Positions 35,001-42,591 of a stretch of 64,000 nucleotides of DNA are shown here, one piece after another. This DNA comes from Anaeromyxobacteraceae bacterium. Lineage in GTDB: Bacteria > Myxococcota > Myxococcia > Myxococcales > Anaeromyxobacteraceae. The notes under the pieces are model-generated. The model was not told where the DNA came from, searched no databases, and was given only the letters and a program-made list of their open reading frames with translations. Location of the stretch: contig JASGHJ010000002.1 in assembly GCA_047602405.1 (NCBI GenBank), positions 2,656,001 to 2,720,000 on the forward strand. Direction: 5' to 3'. A program made the translations under genes and the position numbers. Position 1 is the stretch's first letter, and the number at the start of each line of letters is the position of its first letter.

Positions 35001-35720
35001 CCGGTCGGCACGGTGCTCGTGAAGCAGTTCGCGCTCGGCGGGAAGAAGGTCGAGACCCGGCTCCTCATGCGCCACACCGACGGCGCGTGGGCGGGGTACA
35101 GCTACGAGTGGAACGACGCCGGGACCGCCGCGACGAAGGTCGTGGGTGGCAAGGAGAAGGCGCTGCCCGGCCAGACCTGGGTCTACCCGAGCGAGCAGCA
35201 GTGCCTCCAGTGTCACACCGCGGCGGCGGGCCGGAGCCTCGGCCTCGAGCTCCCGCAGCAGAACGGGCTCTTCACCTACCCGAGCACCGGCCGGACCGCG
35301 AACCAGCTCGACACGCTCGCGCACCTCGGGATGGTGACCCTCCCGCAGCCGCCCGCGAACCTGCCCGCGTACCCCGAGCCGTTCGGGACCGCCCCGGTCG
35401 CGGAGCGCGCCCGCGCCTACCTGCACTCGAACTGCTCCCACTGCCACCAGCCCGGCGGCCCGACGCCCTCCACGATGGACCTGCGCTACTCGACCCTGCT
35501 GAAGGACACGAGGACATGCGGGCTCGCGCCGTCGATCGGCGACCTCGGCATCCCGAACGCGAAGCTCGTCGCGCCCGGCTCGCCGTCGACCTCGATCGTG
35601 CTCGAGCGCATGAAGCGCCTCGACGGCCACCGCATGCCGCCGATCGGGCGGCTCGTGGTGGACCAGCAGGGCGTGCAGGTGGTGACGCAGTGGATCCAGG
35701 GGCTGCAGGCCTGCCCGTGA
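32037..35720 (+). CDS. Lipoprotein: 5 FN3 domains, PQQ-dependent glucose/sorbosone-dehydrogenase-like propeller, dihaem cytochrome c domain
   Basis: LAAC; FN3 repeats; GLLGMAFHP, FGPDGYLY, GFRNPWR; CLQCH and CSHCH; MPP distal ligand motif. Confidence 0.85.
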   Translation: MARLSRLAAPAALALLAACSPDSGTKPGPEADRTAPTTPQGLTAQAPTPNRVVTTWTPSTDAASGVGGYLVFRDGALVATTAVTTYQDDGLTPATAYQYTVKAFDQAVPPNTSAASAPADVTTPPLPDTTPPSVPQDVVAVAASHAKVNVTWSPSTDTGGAGLAGYEVRRDGALVATVGPGAVSWADLTVQPATTYAYTVRAFDAAAPANASADSIAAGVTTPAAPDLTPPTVPADLLAHASAPTRILVTWTASTDAGGAGLDGYELRRDGALVATLGAGAVSYEDLEVQPATTYVYRLRAFDAALPRNVSADSAPASATTPAVPDTTPPTVPQDVVATATSHARVVVTWAASTDAGAGLGGYEVTRGDGVKTTLGPGVTSHEDLGVLPQTAYTYVVRAFDLAAPANVSAPSSPPASVTTPAAPDLTPPSVPSSVVATALSPTRVVVSWSASTDPSGVASYDVRRDGVVVGSVSAPAASYQDDTVAPATTYAYAVRAVDASPAANASAYSSPAAGVTTPAATSPTGLDTRPSNTTCLAPARPTPSTGLDRTDAYPGAPAFAFPVKALQAPGDGSRWFVVEQGGKVWSFPNSPSATTRTLFADVSDRVVWGGELGLLGMAFHPQWPAVPDVFLLYTRANPYRTFLSRFHTSDGGLSIDSSAAGEQPVLVVDQPSDTHKAGDLAFGPDGYLYASLGDGGGEFDTYGNGQNLGTHLAKVLRLDVTGTGAGYAIPADNPFAGPGVAECPSAGRSAAQPCPEIYAFGFRNPWRFSFDRATGDLWTGDVGENSWEEVDLVEKGQNYGWPVREGMHCGRDYPACPSPGTMLNGGLLTDPEAEFAHVLPGPYAVTGGHVYRGSKIPALAGRYVFADFGNGDVYAHDPGVAGSNTYLFHAGFAISAMAEDTAGELYLLDFGAGRLYRIDPIGQGVDTVPADLALACPSAVDPDGPGSVLVPYALEAPFWSDGAVKQRWIAMPDGTQATVTATNDLDFPVGTVLVKQFALGGKKVETRLLMRHTDGAWAGYSYEWNDAGTAATKVVGGKEKALPGQTWVYPSEQQCLQCHTAAAGRSLGLELPQQNGLFTYPSTGRTANQLDTLAHLGMVTLPQPPANLPAYPEPFGTAPVAERARAYLHSNCSHCHQPGGPTPSTMDLRYSTLLKDTRTCGLAPSIGDLGIPNAKLVAPGSPSTSIVLERMKRLDGHRMPPIGRLVVDQQGVQVVTQWIQGLQACP
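32130..33600 (+). repeat. Five tandem FN3-coding repeats
   Basis: Repeat starts at 32130, 32418, 32715, 33012, 33309 (297-nt period for repeats 2-5). Confidence 0.9.
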
Positions 35721-35730
35721 GCGCCGGGAT

Positions 35731-35763
35731 CCGTTCGTCCTGAGCGTGTCGAAGGACGAACGG
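35731..35763. repeat. REP-like palindrome, possibly acting as terminator between convergent genes
   Basis: CCGTTCGTCCT-GAGCGTGTCGA-AGGACGAACGG, perfect 11-bp arms. Confidence 0.75.
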
Positions 35764-35808
35764 CCCGGGCGGCCGGCCTGCTACCGCGCCGCTCCGGCTG
35801 CCCCGCCG

Positions 35809-36249
35809 TCAGCCCTTCGCCCACTCGAGGAGCGCGACCGCAGCGCGCCGGTCGACCTCCGCGCAGAACGCCGCGTGGCCCGCCGGGCAGCGCTCGCGCG
35901 CGTTCCGCTGGATGGCCTCGAGCTGCTGCGGCGAGAGGTAGGCGTCGACGTGCCGGAGGAGGAGCTCGCGGAAGCCGCGATCCGTGAGCAGCTTCCCCGC
36001 CCTCCCCTCGAGCTCGCGCCAGCGCTTCTCGAGGACCGCCCCGATCGCGTCGCCGAACGCCTCGGCCACGTAGCCATCGTCGCACCCGCCGTGGGTGCGG
36101 TGGACGCGGTGAAGCGCCTTCCAGGAGAGGTCCTCGCGGTGGAGCTGCCGATAGGCGGCCTCGCCCTCACCGGGCCCGCACCTGACCACGTGCCTCGGCC
36201 CGGCCACGGCGGGCCCGGCGAGGAGCAAGGAGAGCACGGCAACCAGCAC
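35809..36249 (-). CDS. Secreted hypothetical protein, Cys-containing
   Basis: Signal peptide, GGCDDGYVAE motif; TAGCAT-N6-GTG start. Confidence 0.7.
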   Translation of the reverse strand: MLVAVLSLLLAGPAVAGPRHVVRCGPGEGEAAYRQLHREDLSWKALHRVHRTHGGCDDGYVAEAFGDAIGAVLEKRWRELEGRAGKLLTDRGFRELLLRHVDAYLSPQQLEAIQRNARERCPAGHAAFCAEVDRRAAVALLEWAKG

Positions 36250-36268
36250 TTCGCGATGCTATCGCGTC

Positions 36269-36379
36269 CCTGCCCCTGCCGCTGCCGCTACCCCTGCCGC
36301 TTCCGCTGCACTGCCGCTTCCGCTGCTCCCGCTCCCGCTCCTGTTCCTGCTCCTGTTCCTGCTCCAGCTCCTGATCCCG
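36269..36379. repeat. Degenerate hexamer tandem repeat, intergenic
   Basis: Runs of CCGCTG, CCCGCT, CCTGCT and CCTGTT. Confidence 0.7.
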
Positions 36380-36381
36380 CC

Positions 36382-38166
36382 CTACTCCGTCGTCTCGCAG
36401 CTCGCCCAGCCGCAGCGGCTGCAGGTCCGGCACCCGCCCGCGAGCACGAGCTCGCCCTGGCACTGCGGGCACTCCCCCGAGCGCACCGCCCCGCCGGTCA
36501 GCACCTGCTGCTCGCGCGAGCCGTCGCGGTACACGGTGATGCCCTTGCAGCCGAGCTCGAACGCGAGCCGGTACGCGTTCGCCACGTCCTCGGCGGTCGC
36601 GCCGCGCGGCAGGTTGATGGTCTTCGAGACGCCGTTGTCCACGTGCCGCTGGAAGGCCGCCTGCATCCGCACGTGGGCCTCGGGGGCCACGTCGTGCGCG
36701 GTGGCGAAGACGCGGCCGACGGCCTCCGGCACGCCGGCGACGCCGCGCGCCCGGCCGAGCGCCCGCACCTCCGCGAGGGCGCCCTCGGCGCCCGCGGCCC
36801 GGAGGGCGGCGGCGAGCGCGGGGTGCTCCTCCCTCAGCTCGGAGTCCCCGAGCGCCCGCCGGAGGTAGGTCAGCGCGAACAGCGGCTCGATGCCGGACGA
36901 GCACCCGGCGATGAGGGAGAGCGTCCCGGTCGGCGCGATGGTCGTCACGGTCGCGTTCCGGCGCGGCGGGACGCCCTTCGCGGCGAGCGCGCTCGTCGCC
37001 CATCCGGGGAACGGGCCCCGCTCCCGGGCGAGCGCCTCGGAGGCCGCGTGGGCGGTCCGCTGCACGAGCCCCATCACCTCGTCGGCGAGCGCGAGCGCGG
37101 CGGGTGCGTCGTACGCGAGCCCGAGCGCGACGCACAGGTCCGCGAAGCCCATCACCCCGAGGCCGATCTTCCGGTTGCGCCCGGTGATCGCCGCGATCTG
37201 CGGCAGCGGCCACGCGTTCACGTCGAGCACGTCGTCGAGGAAGCGCACCCCGTCCCGCACGCAGGCCGCGAGGGCGTCGTGGTCGACCCGGCCGCCGCGC
37301 ACGAAGCGCGCGAGGTTCACCGAGCCGAGCGTGCACGCCTCGAAGCCGAGCAGCGGCTGCTCGCCGCACGGGTTCACCGCCTCGAACCGGCCCGCGTCGG
37401 GCGTCGGGTTCGCGGCCTCGACGCGGTCGAGGAACACGAGCCCGGGCTCGCCCGACTGCCAGGCGGCCTGTGCGATGCGCTCGAGCAGCCCCTCGGCGTC
37501 GACCGTGCGCACCGTCGCCCCGGAGCGCGGGTGGACGAGCGGCCAGGCCTCCCCCCGGAACGCGGCCGCGAAGAGCGCGTCCGGCACCGCCACGGAGAGG
37601 TTGAAGTTCTCGAGCCCGGCCCCGCGCTTCACGTCGACGAACGCCTCCACGTCGGGGTGGGCGGCGGAGAGCACGGCCATGTTGGCGCCCCGCCGCACGC
37701 CGCCCTGCTTGATGATCTCGGTCGCCGCGTCGTAGACGCGCATGAACGAGAGCGGCCCGGAGGCGACGCCGTGGGTGGTGCGCACCACGTCGCCGGCCGG
37801 CCGGAGGCGCGAGAAGGAGAACCCGGTGCCGCCGCCCGACTGGTGGATGAGCGCGGCCCACTTGAGCGCGTCGAAGATCGCGCCGAGGTCGTCGTCCACC
37901 GGCAGGACGAAGCAGGCGGCGAGCTGGCCGTGCGCCCGGCCGGCGTTCATGAGCGTGGGCGAGTTGGGGAGGAACTCGAGCGCGTCCATCCGGGCGAGGA
38001 ACCGCTCCGCCCAGCGCCCGCGCTCGCCCTCCGGCTCGGCCGCCGCGACGCCGCGGGCCACGCGGCGGAACATCTCCTCGGGCGTCTCGGTCACCCGGCC
38101 CTCGTCGTCGCGCAGGAGGTACCTGCGCTCGAGCACGTGCCGGGCGTTCTCGGTGAGGGCGGCCAT
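36382..38166 (-). CDS. nrdJ: Class II (adenosylcobalamin-dependent) ribonucleotide reductase with C-terminal Zn ribbon
   Basis: FLPNSPTLMNAG, ACFV, GGGTG, NPCGEQ, TIAPTGT, SKTIN, KGITVYRDGSR, CPQC..CRTCSRCGWASC. Confidence 0.92.
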   Translation of the reverse strand: MAALTENARHVLERRYLLRDDEGRVTETPEEMFRRVARGVAAAEPEGERGRWAERFLARMDALEFLPNSPTLMNAGRAHGQLAACFVLPVDDDLGAIFDALKWAALIHQSGGGTGFSFSRLRPAGDVVRTTHGVASGPLSFMRVYDAATEIIKQGGVRRGANMAVLSAAHPDVEAFVDVKRGAGLENFNLSVAVPDALFAAAFRGEAWPLVHPRSGATVRTVDAEGLLERIAQAAWQSGEPGLVFLDRVEAANPTPDAGRFEAVNPCGEQPLLGFEACTLGSVNLARFVRGGRVDHDALAACVRDGVRFLDDVLDVNAWPLPQIAAITGRNRKIGLGVMGFADLCVALGLAYDAPAALALADEVMGLVQRTAHAASEALARERGPFPGWATSALAAKGVPPRRNATVTTIAPTGTLSLIAGCSSGIEPLFALTYLRRALGDSELREEHPALAAALRAAGAEGALAEVRALGRARGVAGVPEAVGRVFATAHDVAPEAHVRMQAAFQRHVDNGVSKTINLPRGATAEDVANAYRLAFELGCKGITVYRDGSREQQVLTGGAVRSGECPQCQGELVLAGGCRTCSRCGWASCETTE

Positions 38167-38288
38167 GGAGGATCTAGCGCCCCGGCGGGCGCACCGCCGG
38201 TGCGACGGCGCGCCGGCCCCGGGCGCGGTTGCCCCACCCCGGGCCGTGCCCACCTTCCCAGGCATTCCTCGACAACCAGGAGGCGACC

Positions 38289-38486
38289 ATGGCGGAACGC
38301 GATCCCCACGGCAGGGACCGGCGCGCGAACGCGGGCGGGCAGATGACGGTGCGCGAGGCGGGGCGCAAGGGCGGAGAGGCCCGCAAGGAGCAGCTCGGCT
38401 CGCGCGGGTACTCGGAGCTGGGCCAGAAGGGGGGCCAGCGGGTCCGCGAGCTCATCGAGGAGGCGAAGCACGCCGAGCGGAAGTGA
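38289..38486 (+). CDS. KGG-motif general stress protein
   Basis: [31 protein letters not shown]. Confidence 0.85.
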   Translation: MAERDPHGRDRRANAGGQMTVREAGRKGGEARKEQLGSRGYSELGQKGGQRVRELIEEAKHAERK

Positions 38487-38570
38487 GGCCTCGCCCGGCG
38501 GGCGCGGCGGGTAGGTGCGGCGCGCAGGTGGGGACCTTGCCCGCGCGGCGGGCGTCTGCGAAGAAAGGGC

Positions 38571-39272
38571 ATGCCCCGCCACGCCCTCCTCCTCGCCGCC
38601 GCGCTCGGCCTCCTCGCCTGCACGCCCGCCGCCGTGATCCCGGACGGCGAGCGGGACCGCGTGGCGAAGGTGCTCGACGGCGCCACCCGCCACCTGCGCG
38701 TGGCGGCGTACGTGTCCCCGTTCTACGGCGACGCCGCGCGGGCGCTCCTGTCCGACCAGCCGCCGGCCGAGCTCGACCTCGTCCGGACGCCGGGCGGCGA
38801 CGCCGTGAAGGCGCCCTCACCGGAGCGCGTGCTCGCGCCCGGCACGGCCGTGCGCGTCCGGGAGGTGCAGTTCCCGACCGGCTGGACGATCGCGAAGCGG
38901 GTCGTCATGTCCCCCCGGTACCACCCGTGGGCGATCCTGGACCTCGCCGGCGAGCCGCGGCCGCTCGTGCTCGTGCTCTCGCAGACGGCGGTCACCTACG
39001 ACGACGTCCGCGGCGAGCTCGAGCGCGTGCTCGCGGTCGACGACCCCGGCGTGTTCTACCGGCAGCTCCCGGAGGAGCAGCGCAACGCGGTCTTCAGGAA
39101 GGAGCTCCTCGAGGGCATGAGCACCCGCGCCGTCGAGATGGCGTGGGGACTCCCCGAGCGGAAGAAGATCGACCGCCCGGCGAACACCGAGGAGTGGACG
39201 TGGCCCGGCGGGCGCCGGACGGCGTTCTTCGAGGAGGACCGGCTGGTGCGCTGGGAGAAGAAGCGGCCGTAG
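38571..39272 (+). CDS. Lipoprotein, C-terminus BamE/SmpA-like
   Basis: LLAC lipobox; GMSTRAVEMAWGLP..EEWTW. Confidence 0.7.
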   Translation: MPRHALLLAAALGLLACTPAAVIPDGERDRVAKVLDGATRHLRVAAYVSPFYGDAARALLSDQPPAELDLVRTPGGDAVKAPSPERVLAPGTAVRVREVQFPTGWTIAKRVVMSPRYHPWAILDLAGEPRPLVLVLSQTAVTYDDVRGELERVLAVDDPGVFYRQLPEEQRNAVFRKELLEGMSTRAVEMAWGLPERKKIDRPANTEEWTWPGGRRTAFFEEDRLVRWEKKRP

Positions 39273-39277
39273 CCGCC

Positions 39278-40069
39278 TTAGAACCGATCCCGCCCGCGCC
39301 CGCCGCCGCCGCGGCGCGGTCCGCCCCGGTCGCCGCCGCGCCCGCCGCCCCGGCCGCCGCCGTGACCGCCGCGCCGGTCGCCGCGATCCCGGCCGCCCCG
39401 GTCGTCGCGGCCCCGGTCGCGCCCCGTGTCGCCGGTGGGCGTGACCCCGATCGCGACGGCGTACACCGAGCCCGCGCGGAGCTGCGCGACGAGGTCCGCC
39501 TCGGTCCGCACCGGCTCCCTGAAGAGCGTGGCGGCCTTGCCGATCTCGGCGGCCTCGTGGGCCCCGGACGCGCCGATGCAGGGCAGGTTGAGGTGATCGG
39601 CCGCCTCGACCGCGAGGTCGTTCGCCGGCCCCTTGCGGCGCGCGTTCAGCCCCTCGATGGCCGCGAGGCCGTCGAGCGTGAACACGAAGTCGCCGCTCGG
39701 GCGCTCGATGGTCTTGTCGTACGGGTGCGCCGCGACGGCCACGCCGCCGAGCTCCTTCACCTTCGCGAGCACGTCGCGCACCGGCCAGGGCGTCGCCGAG
39801 CCGAAGACCTGCGGCGGCGCGGGCACCTTCGCGGGATCGGGGAAGAAGCAGAGGTAGTGGCCGTGGTCGGTCGCGACCTCGACGCCGCACAGGGCGAGCA
39901 GCCCCTCCGCCGCGCCGGCGGCGCGGATCTCCTCGAGGCCGTCGAGCGTGTTGAGGTCGGTGACGGCGATGCCGTCGAGGCCGGCCTCCTTGGCGCGACG
40001 GACGGCGTCGCGCGGCGCGAGGCTGCAGCCGCGGGTGTGGTGGCTGTGCACGTGCAGGTCGATGAGCAT
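39278..40069 (-). CDS. PHP-domain metal-dependent phosphoesterase with Arg/Gly/Asp-rich tail
   Basis: IDLHVHS, AVTDLN, GVEV, AAHPY, ASGAH. Confidence 0.85.
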   Translation of the reverse strand: MLIDLHVHSHHTRGCSLAPRDAVRRAKEAGLDGIAVTDLNTLDGLEEIRAAGAAEGLLALCGVEVATDHGHYLCFFPDPAKVPAPPQVFGSATPWPVRDVLAKVKELGGVAVAAHPYDKTIERPSGDFVFTLDGLAAIEGLNARRKGPANDLAVEAADHLNLPCIGASGAHEAAEIGKAATLFREPVRTEADLVAQLRAGSVYAVAIGVTPTGDTGRDRGRDDRGGRDRGDRRGGHGGGRGGGRGGDRGGPRRGGGGRGRDRF

Positions 40070-40217
40070 GCCCCGCTCCCCTCGTGGACGGACGGTCCCG
40101 GACCGGGCCGTGAGTAGCATGGACCCAACGTCCCGGGGAAGCGCGCTGCGCGGCACCGCGGTGGCGGCGGCCGGCCGCTGCGCCTCCTCGGCCTGCGCGC
40201 CGGACCCCGGGTGGGCC

Positions 40218-40469
40218 TCAGGCCCGGGCGACGAGCTCCCGCGGGGAGCGCTCCTCGGCCGCGCGGATGAGATAGCCCATCAGCATGAGGCTCGAGGTGT
40301 TCTCGAGGACCTTCTCCGGGCTCCGGGCGATGAGCGAGGCCGAGTAGTGCAGGAAGAACTGCGCGAGCTCCTCCCCGGCCTCGCGGAGGATGAGCGCGTT
40401 GAGCTCGGACGGCTCCATGGTCCGGATCCGGTCGATGAACCCGAGGGCGAACCCCTTCTTCGCAGCCAT
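40218..40469 (-). CDS. Small hypothetical protein
   Basis: GGAGG upstream, high-GC3 codon pattern, LENTSSLMLMGYLIR. Confidence 0.65.
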   Translation of the reverse strand: MAAKKGFALGFIDRIRTMEPSELNALILREAGEELAQFFLHYSASLIARSPEKVLENTSSLMLMGYLIRAAEERSPRELVARA

Positions 40470-40636
40470 CCCCGCTCCTCCGAGCACGACGCGCGCCCGC
40501 CCCGAAATCTAGGGGCGGCCGGTCCGCCGCGGCATCGGGCCCGGGGGGCGGCCCCGGGGGGCCTGCACCGTGGGCAGGCGCACCGGCGGGGGGAGAAAAC
40601 CTCCAGCCGGCATCGGGTGTTATCGCGGCCCGTTTG

Positions 40637-40666
40637 TTGACGCTCCCGGCGGGGCTCGGCCATACT
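40637..40666 (+). promoter_or_regulatory. Sigma70-like promoter
   Basis: TTGACG-N18-CATACT upstream of 40717. Confidence 0.5.
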
Positions 40667-40716
40667 TCCGGGGGTTTTCAGGCGAGGGAGGCGGCGACGT
40701 GAGCGAGGGGAGCCCG

Positions 40717-40908
40717 ATGGACTTCACCGGCGTGAAGGTGTTCTCCGCCACGAAGGCGAAGGAGCGCGAGGAGCTCGGCGAGACCATCACCCGCTGGATC
40801 CGCGCGAACGCCGACCTCCAGATCGTGGACCGGGTGGTGACCCAGTCGTCCGACGACGAGTTCCACTGCCTCACGATCACGATCTTCTACAAGGAGCGGC
40901 CGCGCTAG
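40717..40908 (+). CDS. Small hypothetical protein
   Basis: MDFTGVKVFSATKAKERE..QSSDDEFHCLTITIFY; GAGGGGAG upstream. Confidence 0.75.
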   Translation: MDFTGVKVFSATKAKEREELGETITRWIRANADLQIVDRVVTQSSDDEFHCLTITIFYKERPR

Positions 40909-41081
40909 CTCCGGGGCGGCTCGCCCGGGCCAGGCGTGTCCTTCGGGGGCGCCTCGCCGTTCGCGGCCTGCTTGAAGTTGCGCATGGCCTTGCCGATCCC
41001 GGCGCCGAGCCCCGGCAGCTTCTGCGCCCCGAAGAGCACCACCACGATCAGCAGGACCAGCAGGAACTCGAAGAATCCCAT
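40905..41081 (-). CDS. tatA: Twin-arginine translocase TatA/E
   Basis: MGFFEFLLVLLIVVVLFGAQKLPGLGAGIGKAMRNFK. Confidence 0.92.
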   Translation of the reverse strand: MGFFEFLLVLLIVVVLFGAQKLPGLGAGIGKAMRNFKQAANGEAPPKDTPGPGEPPRS

Positions 41082-41171
41082 CGCAGCCTCCGCGCCTCGC
41101 CGGAGCCTCTTACACTCGATCGGGGTCACGACGCCAGCGCACGCGGCGGCGATTCGCGGTAGGAGTGGCTC

Positions 41172-42575
41172 ATGAAGCTCAAGCAGCGGCCCGAGGACTT
41201 CCAGGTCACCGAGTCCTGGCGGTTCGACGAGGATCCCCGCGGGCGGCACCACGTCTACCTCATGGACAAGCAGAAGCTGTCGACCTTCGAGGCGGTCGAT
41301 CGCATCTGCTCGACGTTCCGCATCCCGCGCGCCGCGGTCTCGTACTGCGGCCTCAAGGACAAGCAGGGCCGCACGACCCAGCTCATCGCGATCGACGGCG
41401 GGCAGGTCGAGGTGCAGGACGCGGACCTCAGGCTCAAGTACATGGGCCGCTCCGCGACCCCGCTCTCCGCGGAGAACACCACCTCCAACCGCTTCGCGGT
41501 GACGGTGCGCGACCTCGGGGACGACGACGTCGCGCGCCTGCCCGGGTCGATCGCCGAGGTGCGGCGGCTGGGGGTCGTGAACTACTTCGACTCGCAGCGC
41601 TTCGGCTCGCTCAAGCACGGCCAGGGCTTCGTCGTGAAGGAGCTCATGCGCGGCGAGTTCGAGACCGCGCTCAAGAACGTCCTCGCGCGGCCGAGCGAGC
41701 TCGACCGCTCCGACGACGCGAAGGTGAAGACCTGGTGGCGCGACCACTGGGGCGAGTGGGCGAGCCGCAACCCCCACCCCGGCGCCGACCGGTACACCCC
41801 GGTGGTGCGCTTCCTGCGCGACCACCCCGGCGACTGGCGCGGGGCGTTCCTGCGCACCGAGCCGCGCTGGCGCGCGCTGCAGGTGTTCGCGTACCAGAGC
41901 TGGCTCTGGAACGAGGGCGTGAAGGCGTACCTGCGCGACGTGGTCGGCGTGCAGCGGCTCCTCTCGCTCCGCTACCAGGCCGGCACCCTGCTCTTCCCGC
42001 GGGAGCTCGATCCCGCGACGTCGAAGAAGCTCCAGGAGACGTTCCCCCTCCTCGCCCCGAAGACCCGCTTCGCCGACCCCGCCGTGGAGAAGGCGGCGCT
42101 CTCGGTCCTCGGCCGCGAGGACATGGGGCTCGCCAATCTCGCCGTGCCCGGCACGCCCGAGATCCACTTCGACCCCGAGGAGCGCCCGCTCTTCTCGGTC
42201 CCGGGCCGCCTCGCCGTCGGCGAGGCGAAGCCGGACGAGCTCAACCGCGGCCGCCTGCGCGTGAACGTCGCGTTCACGCTGCCGCCCGGCGCCTACGCGA
42301 CGCTCGTCGTGAAGCGGCTCTTCCACTGGACGCTCGCCCCCCGCGGCGCGCGGCCGGAGCCGGTCCGCCCGGCCGCGAGGCCGGCCCGCGCGCCCGCGGC
42401 GCCCGCCGCCCCCGCGCCGGTCACCGTCGCGGGCGCCCCCGTGAAGCCACCCGCCGCGGAGCCCGCCGCGCCGCTCGGCTTCCTCGCGCGCAGGAAGGCC
42501 GAGAAGGCCGCGCGCGCGGCCCGCCGCGCGGCGGCGCCCGTCTCGCGGAAGCCGGCCGGCAAGAAGCGCCGCTGA
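41172..42575 (+). CDS. truD: tRNA pseudouridine(13) synthase
   Basis: KQRPEDFQVTE, GLKDK, NYFDSQRFG, AYQSWLWN, FTLPPGAYAT. Confidence 0.93.
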   Translation: MKLKQRPEDFQVTESWRFDEDPRGRHHVYLMDKQKLSTFEAVDRICSTFRIPRAAVSYCGLKDKQGRTTQLIAIDGGQVEVQDADLRLKYMGRSATPLSAENTTSNRFAVTVRDLGDDDVARLPGSIAEVRRLGVVNYFDSQRFGSLKHGQGFVVKELMRGEFETALKNVLARPSELDRSDDAKVKTWWRDHWGEWASRNPHPGADRYTPVVRFLRDHPGDWRGAFLRTEPRWRALQVFAYQSWLWNEGVKAYLRDVVGVQRLLSLRYQAGTLLFPRELDPATSKKLQETFPLLAPKTRFADPAVEKAALSVLGREDMGLANLAVPGTPEIHFDPEERPLFSVPGRLAVGEAKPDELNRGRLRVNVAFTLPPGAYATLVVKRLFHWTLAPRGARPEPVRPAARPARAPAAPAAPAPVTVAGAPVKPPAAEPAAPLGFLARRKAEKAARAARRAAAPVSRKPAGKKRR

Positions 42576-42591
42576 TCCGCGGGCCGGGCGG

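Noticed and set aside
38167..38288. Cobalamin riboswitch upstream of nrdJ
   Set aside because: The intergenic region is short and no B12-box consensus is recognisable.
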